DNA of 64,000 nt, from positions 621 through 64,620 of the forward strand of contig CAMKSF010000005.1 of NCBI GenBank assembly GCA_946415375.1. The letters run 5' to 3'. The stretch's first letter is position 1. Each line of letters starts with the position of its first letter. Source of the DNA: an uncultured Clostridia bacterium. Its GTDB lineage: Bacteria > Bacillota > Clostridia > TANB77 > CAG-508. Shown piece by piece: positions 52,080 to 60,312 of this stretch. A program made the translations under genes and the position numbers. The notes under the pieces are model-generated. The model was not told where the DNA came from and searched no databases. It saw only the letters and a program-made list of their open reading frames with translations.

Positions 52080-52925
52080 ATGGTTAAGAAAACAGGATTA
52101 GGAAAAGGATTAGATGCGTTATTTTCAATGCCAGTTGCTGAAGAGGAAAAACAACGTGTAGGAGATGATTTAAGAAATTTAAAAATTATTGATATAGAAC
52201 CTAATAAAGAACAAGCAAGAAAAATATTTGATCAAGAATCTTTGCAAGAACTTGCAGATTCAATAAAAATGTATGGAGTAATTCAACCAATTATAGTAAC
52301 AGAAAAAGAAGGGTATTTTTCAATTGTTGCTGGAGAAAGAAGATGGAGAGCTGCTAAAATAGCTGGGCTAACAGAAATACCTGCAATAGTAAGAGATGGA
52401 GATGAAAAGAAAAATAAGGAAATATCTTTAATAGAAAATATACAAAGAGAGGATTTAAACCCTGTTGATAAAGCCCTTGGAATTAAATCATTAATAGATG
52501 AATATCATCTTAAACAAGAAGAAATTGCCAAGATTTTAGGAAAATCAAGAAGTGGAATTGCAAATTCTATAAGAATACTTAATTTATCTCCAAGAGTATT
52601 AGAATTAGCAAAAGAGGGTAAACTTACAGAAGGACATTGTAGACAACTTTTAATGGAAACAGATCCTGTTAAACAGTATAGTTTAGCAATGAGAATAATA
52701 AATAATAATCAAACTGTAAGACAAATAGAAGCAAAATTACAAAGAAAAAAGAATGTTCAAGAATTTGATCCGAAATATGAAGTAATATATAGAGATATAG
52801 AAGATAAATTCACAGGATTTTTTGGAACAAAAGTTAAAGTTGATGCAGGAAAAAGAAGAGGGAAAATAGTTATAGAATATAGAACAAATGATGATTTAGA
52901 AAGAATACTGGGATTAATTAAATAA
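52080..52925 (+). CDS. spo0J: chromosome partitioning protein ParB/Spo0J
   Basis: N-terminal GLGKGLDALF, ParB box GERRWRAAKIAGL, and a helix-turn-helix. Confidence 0.9.
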   Translation: MVKKTGLGKGLDALFSMPVAEEEKQRVGDDLRNLKIIDIEPNKEQARKIFDQESLQELADSIKMYGVIQPIIVTEKEGYFSIVAGERRWRAAKIAGLTEIPAIVRDGDEKKNKEISLIENIQREDLNPVDKALGIKSLIDEYHLKQEEIAKILGKSRSGIANSIRILNLSPRVLELAKEGKLTEGHCRQLLMETDPVKQYSLAMRIINNNQTVRQIEAKLQRKKNVQEFDPKYEVIYRDIEDKFTGFFGTKVKVDAGKRRGKIVIEYRTNDDLERILGLIK

Positions 52926-52945
52926 AGACTTTATAGGAGGAGACT

Positions 52946-53428
52946 ATGTTAGATTTTTTTTATAATAATATTAGTATAATCATTATTTTTGTTATAAATA
53001 TTATTCTATTTATAGCTGTAATAATAAGTAATGCTCGAATCAATAGAATAAATAAAAATAATAAGCTTTTTATGGAAAAACTAGGAGACGGAAAAAATAT
53101 TAAAGAGGATTTAGAGAATTATATAGAAAGAATTGTTTCTTTAGAGGAAGCCATTAGTGAAACACATTCATATTGTAATCAATTAGATACTAGAATTGAC
53201 AAATGCATACAGAAAACGGGAATTGTAAGGTATAATGCATATAATGATGCAGGGAATGATTTAAGTTTTGCTGTTGCTTTATTAGATGAAAAAAATAATG
53301 GAATTGTATTTAATGGGATTTATTCAAGAGAAATGTCGAATATATATGCAAAACCAGTAATAGAAGGAGAATGCAAATATAACATAACAAAAGAAGAAAA
53401 AGAAGCTATAGATAAGGCAATGAAATAA
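52946..53428 (+). CDS. DUF4446-like membrane-anchored protein commonly found after parB
   Basis: N-terminal transmembrane helix followed by a coiled-coil and a C-terminal globular domain. It occupies the conserved position downstream of parB. Confidence 0.45.
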   Translation: MLDFFYNNISIIIIFVINIILFIAVIISNARINRINKNNKLFMEKLGDGKNIKEDLENYIERIVSLEEAISETHSYCNQLDTRIDKCIQKTGIVRYNAYNDAGNDLSFAVALLDEKNNGIVFNGIYSREMSNIYAKPVIEGECKYNITKEEKEAIDKAMK

Positions 53429-53536
53429 TAATACAGTTATAAAAGAGCGAAAAATAAAAATATAGAAAGAAATTATAAAAAATCTATTGACAAAATGCTA
53501 TTTTTTGTGGTAAGATAAAAATTGTCAATGCCACAC

Positions 53537-53628
<92 letters not shown>

Positions 53629-53661
53629 ACATTATATGAGTATTGTTAAACAATGCTCTTT

Positions 53662-53751
53662 TTTTAAAAATGGAGTAGTACCCAAGTGGTGAAGGGGGCA
53701 GTTTGCTAAACTGCTAGGTCCAGAAATGGGCGCGGAGGTTCGATCCCTCTC
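53662..53751 (+). tRNA. tRNA-Ser (anticodon GCT), class II
   Basis: GGAGTAG...GCAGT-TTGCTAA-ACTGC...long variable arm...GAGGTTCGATCCCTC...CTACTCC-G-CCA. Confidence 0.85.
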
Positions 53752-53841
53752 TACTCCGCCAAATAAGATATAAGATATTGACTTATATCTTTTTTTGTTA
53801 TATAAAAGAATAGGAAATATTTTTGTATAAAGGAAGAGAGA

Positions 53842-55356
53842 ATGTATATAAAAAAATACAAAATTGAGATAATTTTATTCGTTGTAAATTCTATATATAT
53901 GATTTTAGAACTTATTGCATCTAGACTATTATCGCCATATTTTGGAAGCAGTAATATTGTATGGACGAGCATCATAGGAATAATATTATTAAGCACTAGT
54001 ATAGGAAATTATGTTGGAGGGATTATTGCAGATAAAGCAAAAAATAATAATTCAGTATTAAAGAATAATATTAGAATTATTTTAATAATTACAGGAATTC
54101 TAATATATATAATACCGATATTTCAACAAATTGTAATAGAAACATTAACTGTTTGGATTGAAAGCATAAAGATTGGAGCAATTGTAACAACAACTATTTT
54201 CTTCTTTTTGCCTTCAATGTTTATCGGAATTCTTTCTCCAATAATAATAAAATTAAAAATGAACGATTTAGAAAATGTTGGAACTACGTCAGGCAGGATA
54301 TATGCACTTGCCACATTAGGAAGTATTGTAGGAACTTTTTTAGGAGGTTTTTTACTTATTCCTAATTTTGGAAGTAATGAAATTTTATTTGTATTATCAA
54401 GTATTCAATTTTTACTTTTGCTTTTTATTGAAGATGAAGAAAAACAAAATAAAAAATTAATGATAGGATTAATTATTATCGTAGCTGTCATAATAAATAT
54501 AATTAGTTTTATAGTATTCTATAATTCTAATAAACAGAATGAAAGAAAAGTAAAGAATGGAGAAATAGGAGTAGTTGTGAATTATGATACACAGTATGGA
54601 AGTGTTAGAATTTATAATACCGAAACAACAGAGGGCATAGTTAGACAACTTAGCATTGATAAAGGAAATGAGTCTGCTACTTATATAGATAAAGATAAAT
54701 ATAACGAGCTAGTTTATGAGTATACGAAATATTATGATTTAATGTTTAATTCCTCTAGAAATATTGATAATGTTCTTATGATAGGAGGAGCAGGATATTC
54801 ATATCCTAAATATTTCTTAGGCAAATATAAAAGCAAAAAGATAGATGTTGTAGAAATTGATGAAAAAGTCACAGAAATTGCCAATGATTTTTTTTATTTA
54901 GATAAACTAAAATTAGAAGATAAGTATAGATTTAAAAATGTAAATCAAGATGGAAGAATATATTTGAACAAAAATAAAAAGAAATATGATGCGATATTAA
55001 ATGATTCGTTCTCTGGAGAAATTCCAGCAAAGACATTAACGACAAAGGAAGCGGTAGAGAAGATATACAATTCGTTAAATAAAAACGGAATTTATTTAAC
55101 TAATATTATTTCCTCTTTAAAAGGTGAAAATTCTAAATTTATTCAATCAGAGTTAAAAACTCTAAAAGGAGTTTTTAAAAATGTATATGTAGTTCCATGT
55201 AATTTTAAAGACAATTATGATAAGATACAAAATAACATGGTAATAGCGACTGATGAGAATCTAAAAATTCAAGGTGATGTAAATATTAATTATGAAGAAG
55301 GAATGATTTTGACAGATAATTATAATCCAATTGAAATACTGATACCAAAGAGATAA
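53842..55356 (+). CDS. fused MFS-type membrane domain and spermidine-synthase-like (polyamine aminopropyltransferase fold) protein
   Basis: The N-terminal half of about 220 aa has at least six transmembrane helices. The C-terminal half has LMIGGAGYSYP and VDVVEIDEKV motifs typical of a SpeE-like methyltransferase fold. Confidence 0.65.
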   Translation: MYIKKYKIEIILFVVNSIYMILELIASRLLSPYFGSSNIVWTSIIGIILLSTSIGNYVGGIIADKAKNNNSVLKNNIRIILIITGILIYIIPIFQQIVIETLTVWIESIKIGAIVTTTIFFFLPSMFIGILSPIIIKLKMNDLENVGTTSGRIYALATLGSIVGTFLGGFLLIPNFGSNEILFVLSSIQFLLLLFIEDEEKQNKKLMIGLIIIVAVIINIISFIVFYNSNKQNERKVKNGEIGVVVNYDTQYGSVRIYNTETTEGIVRQLSIDKGNESATYIDKDKYNELVYEYTKYYDLMFNSSRNIDNVLMIGGAGYSYPKYFLGKYKSKKIDVVEIDEKVTEIANDFFYLDKLKLEDKYRFKNVNQDGRIYLNKNKKKYDAILNDSFSGEIPAKTLTTKEAVEKIYNSLNKNGIYLTNIISSLKGENSKFIQSELKTLKGVFKNVYVVPCNFKDNYDKIQNNMVIATDENLKIQGDVNINYEEGMILTDNYNPIEILIPKR

Positions 55357-55388
55357 TTATGAAAAAAATAGATTTTTTTTGTAAAAAC

Positions 55389-55417
55389 TTGCAAGATTTT
55401 GGAAAATAGTGTATAAT
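55389..55417 (+). promoter_or_regulatory. sigma-70 promoter (TTGCAA, 17-nt spacer, TATAAT) ahead of the type IV secretion gene cluster
   Basis: Hexamers read directly. The first pilin-like gene starts 27 nt downstream. Confidence 0.5.
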
Positions 55418-55443
55418 TATATTAGAATTGTGGTGAGTTAATT

Positions 55444-55809
55444 ATGAAGAAAATAATGAAAATAATAATAATTTTAATTATATTATTTATAACAACTATG
55501 TATTTAAGCAATGTATTTGCTGCTGGGTCAATAAATACAGGAGCTTATGATCCATCTGGGTTAAGAAATTCAGCAGGAGAACAAGTACTAATTCAACGAG
55601 CAAAAATTATTACAGGTGTAATTAAGGGACTAGGTATTATTGTTGCGGTATTAACAATGATGGTATATGGGGTTAAGTTGATGGTTTCAAGTGTTGAAGA
55701 AAAGGCGGATTTAAAAAAAGCACTCCCAGGTTATCTATTAGGTGCGGTTATGGTATTTGCAATTACAGTAATACCAGCATTAATATATGAAAATGTTAAA
55801 GGATTATAG
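55444..55809 (+). CDS. VirB2/TrbC-like (Maff2-type) small membrane protein, paralogue 1
   Basis: Signal peptide plus two transmembrane helices. Shares the motif G(V/I)K(L/Y)M(V/M)SSVEEKA(D/E).KK..(P) with its two neighbours. Confidence 0.5.
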   Translation: MKKIMKIIIILIILFITTMYLSNVFAAGSINTGAYDPSGLRNSAGEQVLIQRAKIITGVIKGLGIIVAVLTMMVYGVKLMVSSVEEKADLKKALPGYLLGAVMVFAITVIPALIYENVKGL

Positions 55810-55832
55810 AATATAGAAAGAAGGCGAAAATT

Positions 55833-56213
55833 ATGAAATTAAAAAAAGTATTATATATTATCATTATTACTTTTCTTCTTTTGATAATTTTTATGCCAAC
55901 ATTTTCAAGAGCACAAGACATTGGAGAGATAGTTACTAAAGGAGACGAGTTCGTAAAAAGAGGAAACATCTTACTTGATGAATCAGAACTTAAAGTAACA
56001 ATGAGCTTTATGTTTAATTCATTATTAATTATAGGAATTATATTAAGTGTTTTTGTTGGAGGATATCTTGGAATTAAATATATGGTTTCAAGTGTTGAAG
56101 AAAAAGCAGAAATAAAGAAAACAATGATGCCTTTCATTGCTGGCTGTGCAGTAATATTTGGAGCTTATTCAATATGGAGAATAGTAGTTGCTCTTTTTGA
56201 TAGTATTACTTAA
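55833..56213 (+). CDS. VirB2/TrbC-like (Maff2-type) small membrane protein, paralogue 2
   Basis: Same architecture as paralogue 1. Motif GIKYMVSSVEEKAEIKKTMMPF. Confidence 0.5.
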   Translation: MKLKKVLYIIIITFLLLIIFMPTFSRAQDIGEIVTKGDEFVKRGNILLDESELKVTMSFMFNSLLIIGIILSVFVGGYLGIKYMVSSVEEKAEIKKTMMPFIAGCAVIFGAYSIWRIVVALFDSIT

Positions 56214-56284
56214 AAAGATATTAACTTTCTAATATTTTTTATTAGAGTTTATATATAAATAAAATAATAAAGGAGGATAAAGTT

Positions 56285-56641
56285 ATGAGCAAGAAAACAT
56301 TAAGAATCATAACAATAGTTTCTACAGTTTTAGCTGTTTTAACAATGTGTACATTATCATTTGCTGCTAATTCACCAATAGATTTAAAACCAAGTGCAAC
56401 TGGTACAGAAGGTGTTGATAAAGTTGGACAAAGAGTAATGGGTATACTTCAAGCTGTTGGAATAATAGCTGCAGTTGTAATATTAATGGTTTTAGGTATT
56501 AAATACATGATGGGTAGTGCAGAAGAAAAAGCTGAATACAAGAAAACTATGATACCATATGTAATTGGTGCAGTATTATTATTTGGAGCTACAACAATAG
56601 CAAATGCAGTATATCAATTTGCTAATGGACTAAATAGCTAA
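56285..56641 (+). CDS. VirB2/TrbC-like (Maff2-type) small membrane protein, paralogue 3
   Basis: Same architecture. Motif GIKYMMGSAEEKAEYKKTMIPY. A terminator follows. Confidence 0.5.
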   Translation: MSKKTLRIITIVSTVLAVLTMCTLSFAANSPIDLKPSATGTEGVDKVGQRVMGILQAVGIIAAVVILMVLGIKYMMGSAEEKAEYKKTMIPYVIGAVLLFGATTIANAVYQFANGLNS

Positions 56642-56657
56642 TAAAAAAAATAGAGAG

Positions 56658-56689
56658 AAGGATGGAATCTTAATGATTTCATCCTTTTT
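56658..56689 (+). terminator. terminator or attenuator after the pilin-like gene trio
   Basis: aaggatggaatc-ttaat-gatttcatcctt followed by TTTTT. Confidence 0.55.
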
Positions 56690-56825
56690 ATATGTCAGAA
56701 ATTTTACAAATATGTTACAATTATATATTTTTTTATCTTTTTTTTTACAAAGTGTTCCATTTGTTGATTTTTTTTGATATAATATATGTAGTAAAAATAG
56801 GTTTTTTAATGCGAAGGAGGAAGAA

Positions 56826-57179
56826 ATGGGAGGACCATATAATATACCAAGAAGTTATAAAGGAGAAGGTAAAATTTTATACGTTTTTTCTATGAAAGCT
56901 TTTCTATATACAATAGGAGGAGCAATGATAGGAACTTTATTATATTTTTTATTTAGAATGATTGGACTAGGCACTGTTGGACTGGTTATTATTGTATTAT
57001 TAGCTGCAATGGGATTTGCAATTGGAACTTTTAAAATACCGGAGAACACAAAAATGGAATTTACTAAAAGAGTTGGTGGAGAAGCAATAGATGCTATTAT
57101 TATAAGGTGGTTTAAATTCAAACAAAATAAAAACAGAATATATGTGTATAAAGAGGAGGATTCAAAAGATGACAAATAA
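56826..57179 (+). CDS. TcpE/PrgI-family (VirB3-like) two-helix membrane protein
   Basis: 117 aa with two adjacent transmembrane helices (LYTIGGAMIGTLLYFLF and VGLVIIVLLAAMGFAIG). An AGGAGGAAG ribosome-binding site precedes it. It lies immediately upstream of the VirB4-like gene. Confidence 0.5.
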   Translation: MGGPYNIPRSYKGEGKILYVFSMKAFLYTIGGAMIGTLLYFLFRMIGLGTVGLVIIVLLAAMGFAIGTFKIPENTKMEFTKRVGGEAIDAIIIRWFKFKQNKNRIYVYKEEDSKDDK

Positions 57180-58395
57180 TCAAATAGCAAATATGTTAAT
57201 GATGTTTTTAGTAATAATGGTAGTATTATTGTTTGTTCTAATTGTGATATATCTTATTATAAGAATAAAATCAAAACAGAAAGAAAAACCTGCCACTAAT
57301 AATGAACAAACATCAAATAAATCTAAAATTCAACAGATGTATAATGTTCAATCTATATTTAATTTTATGGAATTTGAAAAGATAGAAGACAATATGATTA
57401 TACAAAAAAAAGGAAAGAAATTTGCTATGGTAGTAAAATGTCAGGGTGTTAACTTTGACTTAATGTCTAATGTAGAAAAAAGTAGCGTAGAACAAGGTTT
57501 TACAGAATATTTAAATACATTAAGAAAGCCTATACAAATTTATATACAAACAAGAACGGTTGATTTAACAGGAAGTCTTAGTACATATAAGCAAAAGGTT
57601 AGAGAATTAGGGGATAATTTGTCACGAAAGGAATTTGAATATAATCAAAAGGTACGTAGTGGAAATTATGATGTAAGTAAGCTTGAAGGAGAAAAATTCG
57701 AAATAACTAAAGCGAGAAATTTATATGAATATGGAACAGATATAGTTAATAATACAGAAAGAATGAGCTTAAATAAAAATATTCTAACAAAACAATATTA
57801 TATAGTTCTATCACATTATCCAGAAGAAGCTAACAATGATGTATATGCAGATGAAGAAATAAATAATATTGCTTTCTCAGAGTTATACACAAGAGCGCAA
57901 TCGACAATTAGTTTACTTTCTGTATGTGGTATAAATAGCAAAATATTGGATTCTTATGAATTAGCAGATTTATTATATTCTGCATATAACAGAGACGAAG
58001 CAGAAGTATATGATTTAAAGAGGGCTATAAATGCTGGATATGATAGCTTATATACAACGGCACAAGATGTTATAGACAAGAGAATCAAAGAACTAGATAA
58101 ACAAATTGAAGAAGAAGCTATAAGAAAAGCAAGCTCAATTGTTGATGAAGTAAGGCAAGAAAAAGAGAATGAAAAAAAATTAAAACAAAAGGAAAAAAAT
58201 ATAGATGATTTTATAGACCAAATGGTAGAAATGGTTTTAGAAGAAAATAGAAGTGTTTTAGGTGATGATATAACAGATGCTGCAAAAGAAAAAGTTAAAA
58301 AGAAAAAGACAAGCAAAAAAAGTCAAACAAAGGAGGTAAAAGATAATGAGCAAGAAAGAACAGAAGGAAATGGAAGAACAAGAAAATCAAAATAA
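57169..58395 (+). CDS. membrane-anchored conjugation protein (possible VirB8/TcpC-like) with a lysine-rich C-terminal tail
   Basis: One N-terminal transmembrane helix. Start MTNNQ follows a GAGGAGGA ribosome-binding site. Its 3' end overlaps the VirB4 gene. A truncated homologue lies in the island at 35116-35667. Confidence 0.4.
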   Translation: MTNNQIANMLMMFLVIMVVLLFVLIVIYLIIRIKSKQKEKPATNNEQTSNKSKIQQMYNVQSIFNFMEFEKIEDNMIIQKKGKKFAMVVKCQGVNFDLMSNVEKSSVEQGFTEYLNTLRKPIQIYIQTRTVDLTGSLSTYKQKVRELGDNLSRKEFEYNQKVRSGNYDVSKLEGEKFEITKARNLYEYGTDIVNNTERMSLNKNILTKQYYIVLSHYPEEANNDVYADEEINNIAFSELYTRAQSTISLLSVCGINSKILDSYELADLLYSAYNRDEAEVYDLKRAINAGYDSLYTTAQDVIDKRIKELDKQIEEEAIRKASSIVDEVRQEKENEKKLKQKEKNIDDFIDQMVEMVLEENRSVLGDDITDAAKEKVKKKKTSKKSQTKEVKDNEQERTEGNGRTRKSK

Positions 58396-60295
58396 AGAAG
58401 AAGTTAAATTTTTGAAGAGAAAAACTTTAAAAGAAATAATTGCTCCATCTGGAATAGATGCATCAAATATAGATCATTTAGAAATTATTTCAAATACAAA
58501 AAGATATGCTAGAAGTTTTTTCATATCATCTCTTCCTCGTATGGCAACATTTCCTGAACTTTTTAGAGATTTATATATGTTTGGGGATATAAATACATCA
58601 ATATATATAAATCCTGTTAAAGAAGAAAAATCACAAAATGAATTAAACAAAGCAATAAATGAAATAGAGACAGAAAGAATTGTTGCAGCAGACAGAGGAA
58701 ATATTAACAGAGAAAGTACACTTGCTCAAAAAAGATTTGAAGCAGAAGAATTAAGGGATCAAATAGCGGCAGGATTTAATAAACTATTTGAAGCATCTAT
58801 AATTTCAACATTATTTGCATACAGTCTAGAAGACTTAGACAGATATTCAAAAATGCTTGCTTCTGAAATGTCTAAAGGACTTGTAGGAATAAAAACAGCA
58901 TGGGGAATACAAGAAGAAGCATTTCAAAGTAATTTACCTTTAAGTAATGATAAAGTAAAAAAAATACATACATTTGATAGAAATTCTATGGGAACAGTAT
59001 TTCCTTTTACAACATCAGAAGTTGGACATCCATCAGGAGTTCCAATAGGCTTTAACAAACAAACAGGGACACCAGTATTATTTGATAATTTTCATAGCTC
59101 TTTAACAAATTATAATATGGTTATTTTTGCTAAGTCTGGTGCTGGAAAATCAGTTACAATGAAAACATTAATCTCAAGGTCATCTGTACTTATGGGAATA
59201 GAGAGTTTAGCTCTAGATGCAGAAGGAGAGTATACAATAGTTGCAGAATCTCTTGGTGGAATAAATATAGTAATTAGTCCAACATCTAAGACAGTAATAA
59301 ATATATTCGATGTTGAAACAGAAAATGTAAAAGATGAAATTACTGGAAAAGAGAGAACGGTTGTAAATATAGAAAATAAAGTTGAAGACGTAACTCAAGC
59401 TCTAGTTACTATGGCAAGAGGTAGTACAAAGAGTGATGAGGTTAATGAGCTTACAAAACAAATTATTGCAGAAATTATTTATGAAGAATATTCAGAATTA
59501 GGAATTAACAGTAACCCTAATAGTTTATATATTCAAGATAGTCACAACTATATGGGAGGCAATGAGTTATACAAGAAAAAGAAGCCTATGCCAACTATAG
59601 GAAGCTGGTATAAAAGGCTATTAAGAAAAGCAGAAGAGAATACAAATCAGAATTATGAATATCATTATAGCTATTTATTAAAGGTTATGAAACAATACAT
59701 AAGAGAATATGATGGACAAATGGCATATTTTGATGGACAATCTACATATGATTTGCTAGAGGATTCACCATTTATTAATATTGATATTTCACAATTGGAG
59801 GAAAGGTTTGCAAGACCACTTGCTCAACAAATACTTCTTTCTTGGATTTGGGAGAAATATGTTAAGAAAAATAGTGAAGATAGAAAAAAGGCTAAGCAAA
59901 AGAGAGTTTTAGTAGATGAGGCATGGATGTTGTTGCCATACCCTGAAGCTGTAGATTTCTTGAATAAGATGGCAAGACGTGCTAGAAAAAGAAATGTTTC
60001 ACTTGCTATTATTTCTCAAAGATTTCAAGATTTCTATGAGAAACCTGAAGCACAAGCTGTTCTTACATCCTCAGATACAAAGTTGTTTTTAGCACAGGAT
60101 AAATCAGAAATTCAATATTTAAAAGAAGTATTCAAACTTTCAGAAGGAGAAGCAGGTTTTTTAGTTACATGCCAAAGAGGAGAGGGACTTCTTAAAGTAG
60201 GTGCTGAAACATGTATTTTGAAAATTATGCCAACGAAAAAAGAATTCGAGTTTGTTGAGACAAACTTAAATAAAATCGCAAAAGAACAGAGATAA
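58346..60295 (+). CDS. VirB4/TcpF/TraE-like conjugative transfer ATPase
   Basis: 649 aa. Walker A FAKSGAGKS, Walker B VLVDEAW, and the family's C-terminal CQRGEGLLKVG segment. Confidence 0.85.
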   Translation: MSKKEQKEMEEQENQNKEEVKFLKRKTLKEIIAPSGIDASNIDHLEIISNTKRYARSFFISSLPRMATFPELFRDLYMFGDINTSIYINPVKEEKSQNELNKAINEIETERIVAADRGNINRESTLAQKRFEAEELRDQIAAGFNKLFEASIISTLFAYSLEDLDRYSKMLASEMSKGLVGIKTAWGIQEEAFQSNLPLSNDKVKKIHTFDRNSMGTVFPFTTSEVGHPSGVPIGFNKQTGTPVLFDNFHSSLTNYNMVIFAKSGAGKSVTMKTLISRSSVLMGIESLALDAEGEYTIVAESLGGINIVISPTSKTVINIFDVETENVKDEITGKERTVVNIENKVEDVTQALVTMARGSTKSDEVNELTKQIIAEIIYEEYSELGINSNPNSLYIQDSHNYMGGNELYKKKKPMPTIGSWYKRLLRKAEENTNQNYEYHYSYLLKVMKQYIREYDGQMAYFDGQSTYDLLEDSPFINIDISQLEERFARPLAQQILLSWIWEKYVKKNSEDRKKAKQKRVLVDEAWMLLPYPEAVDFLNKMARRARKRNVSLAIISQRFQDFYEKPEAQAVLTSSDTKLFLAQDKSEIQYLKEVFKLSEGEAGFLVTCQRGEGLLKVGAETCILKIMPTKKEFEFVETNLNKIAKEQR

Positions 60296-60312
60296 TTTTA
60301 GGAGGGTAGAAA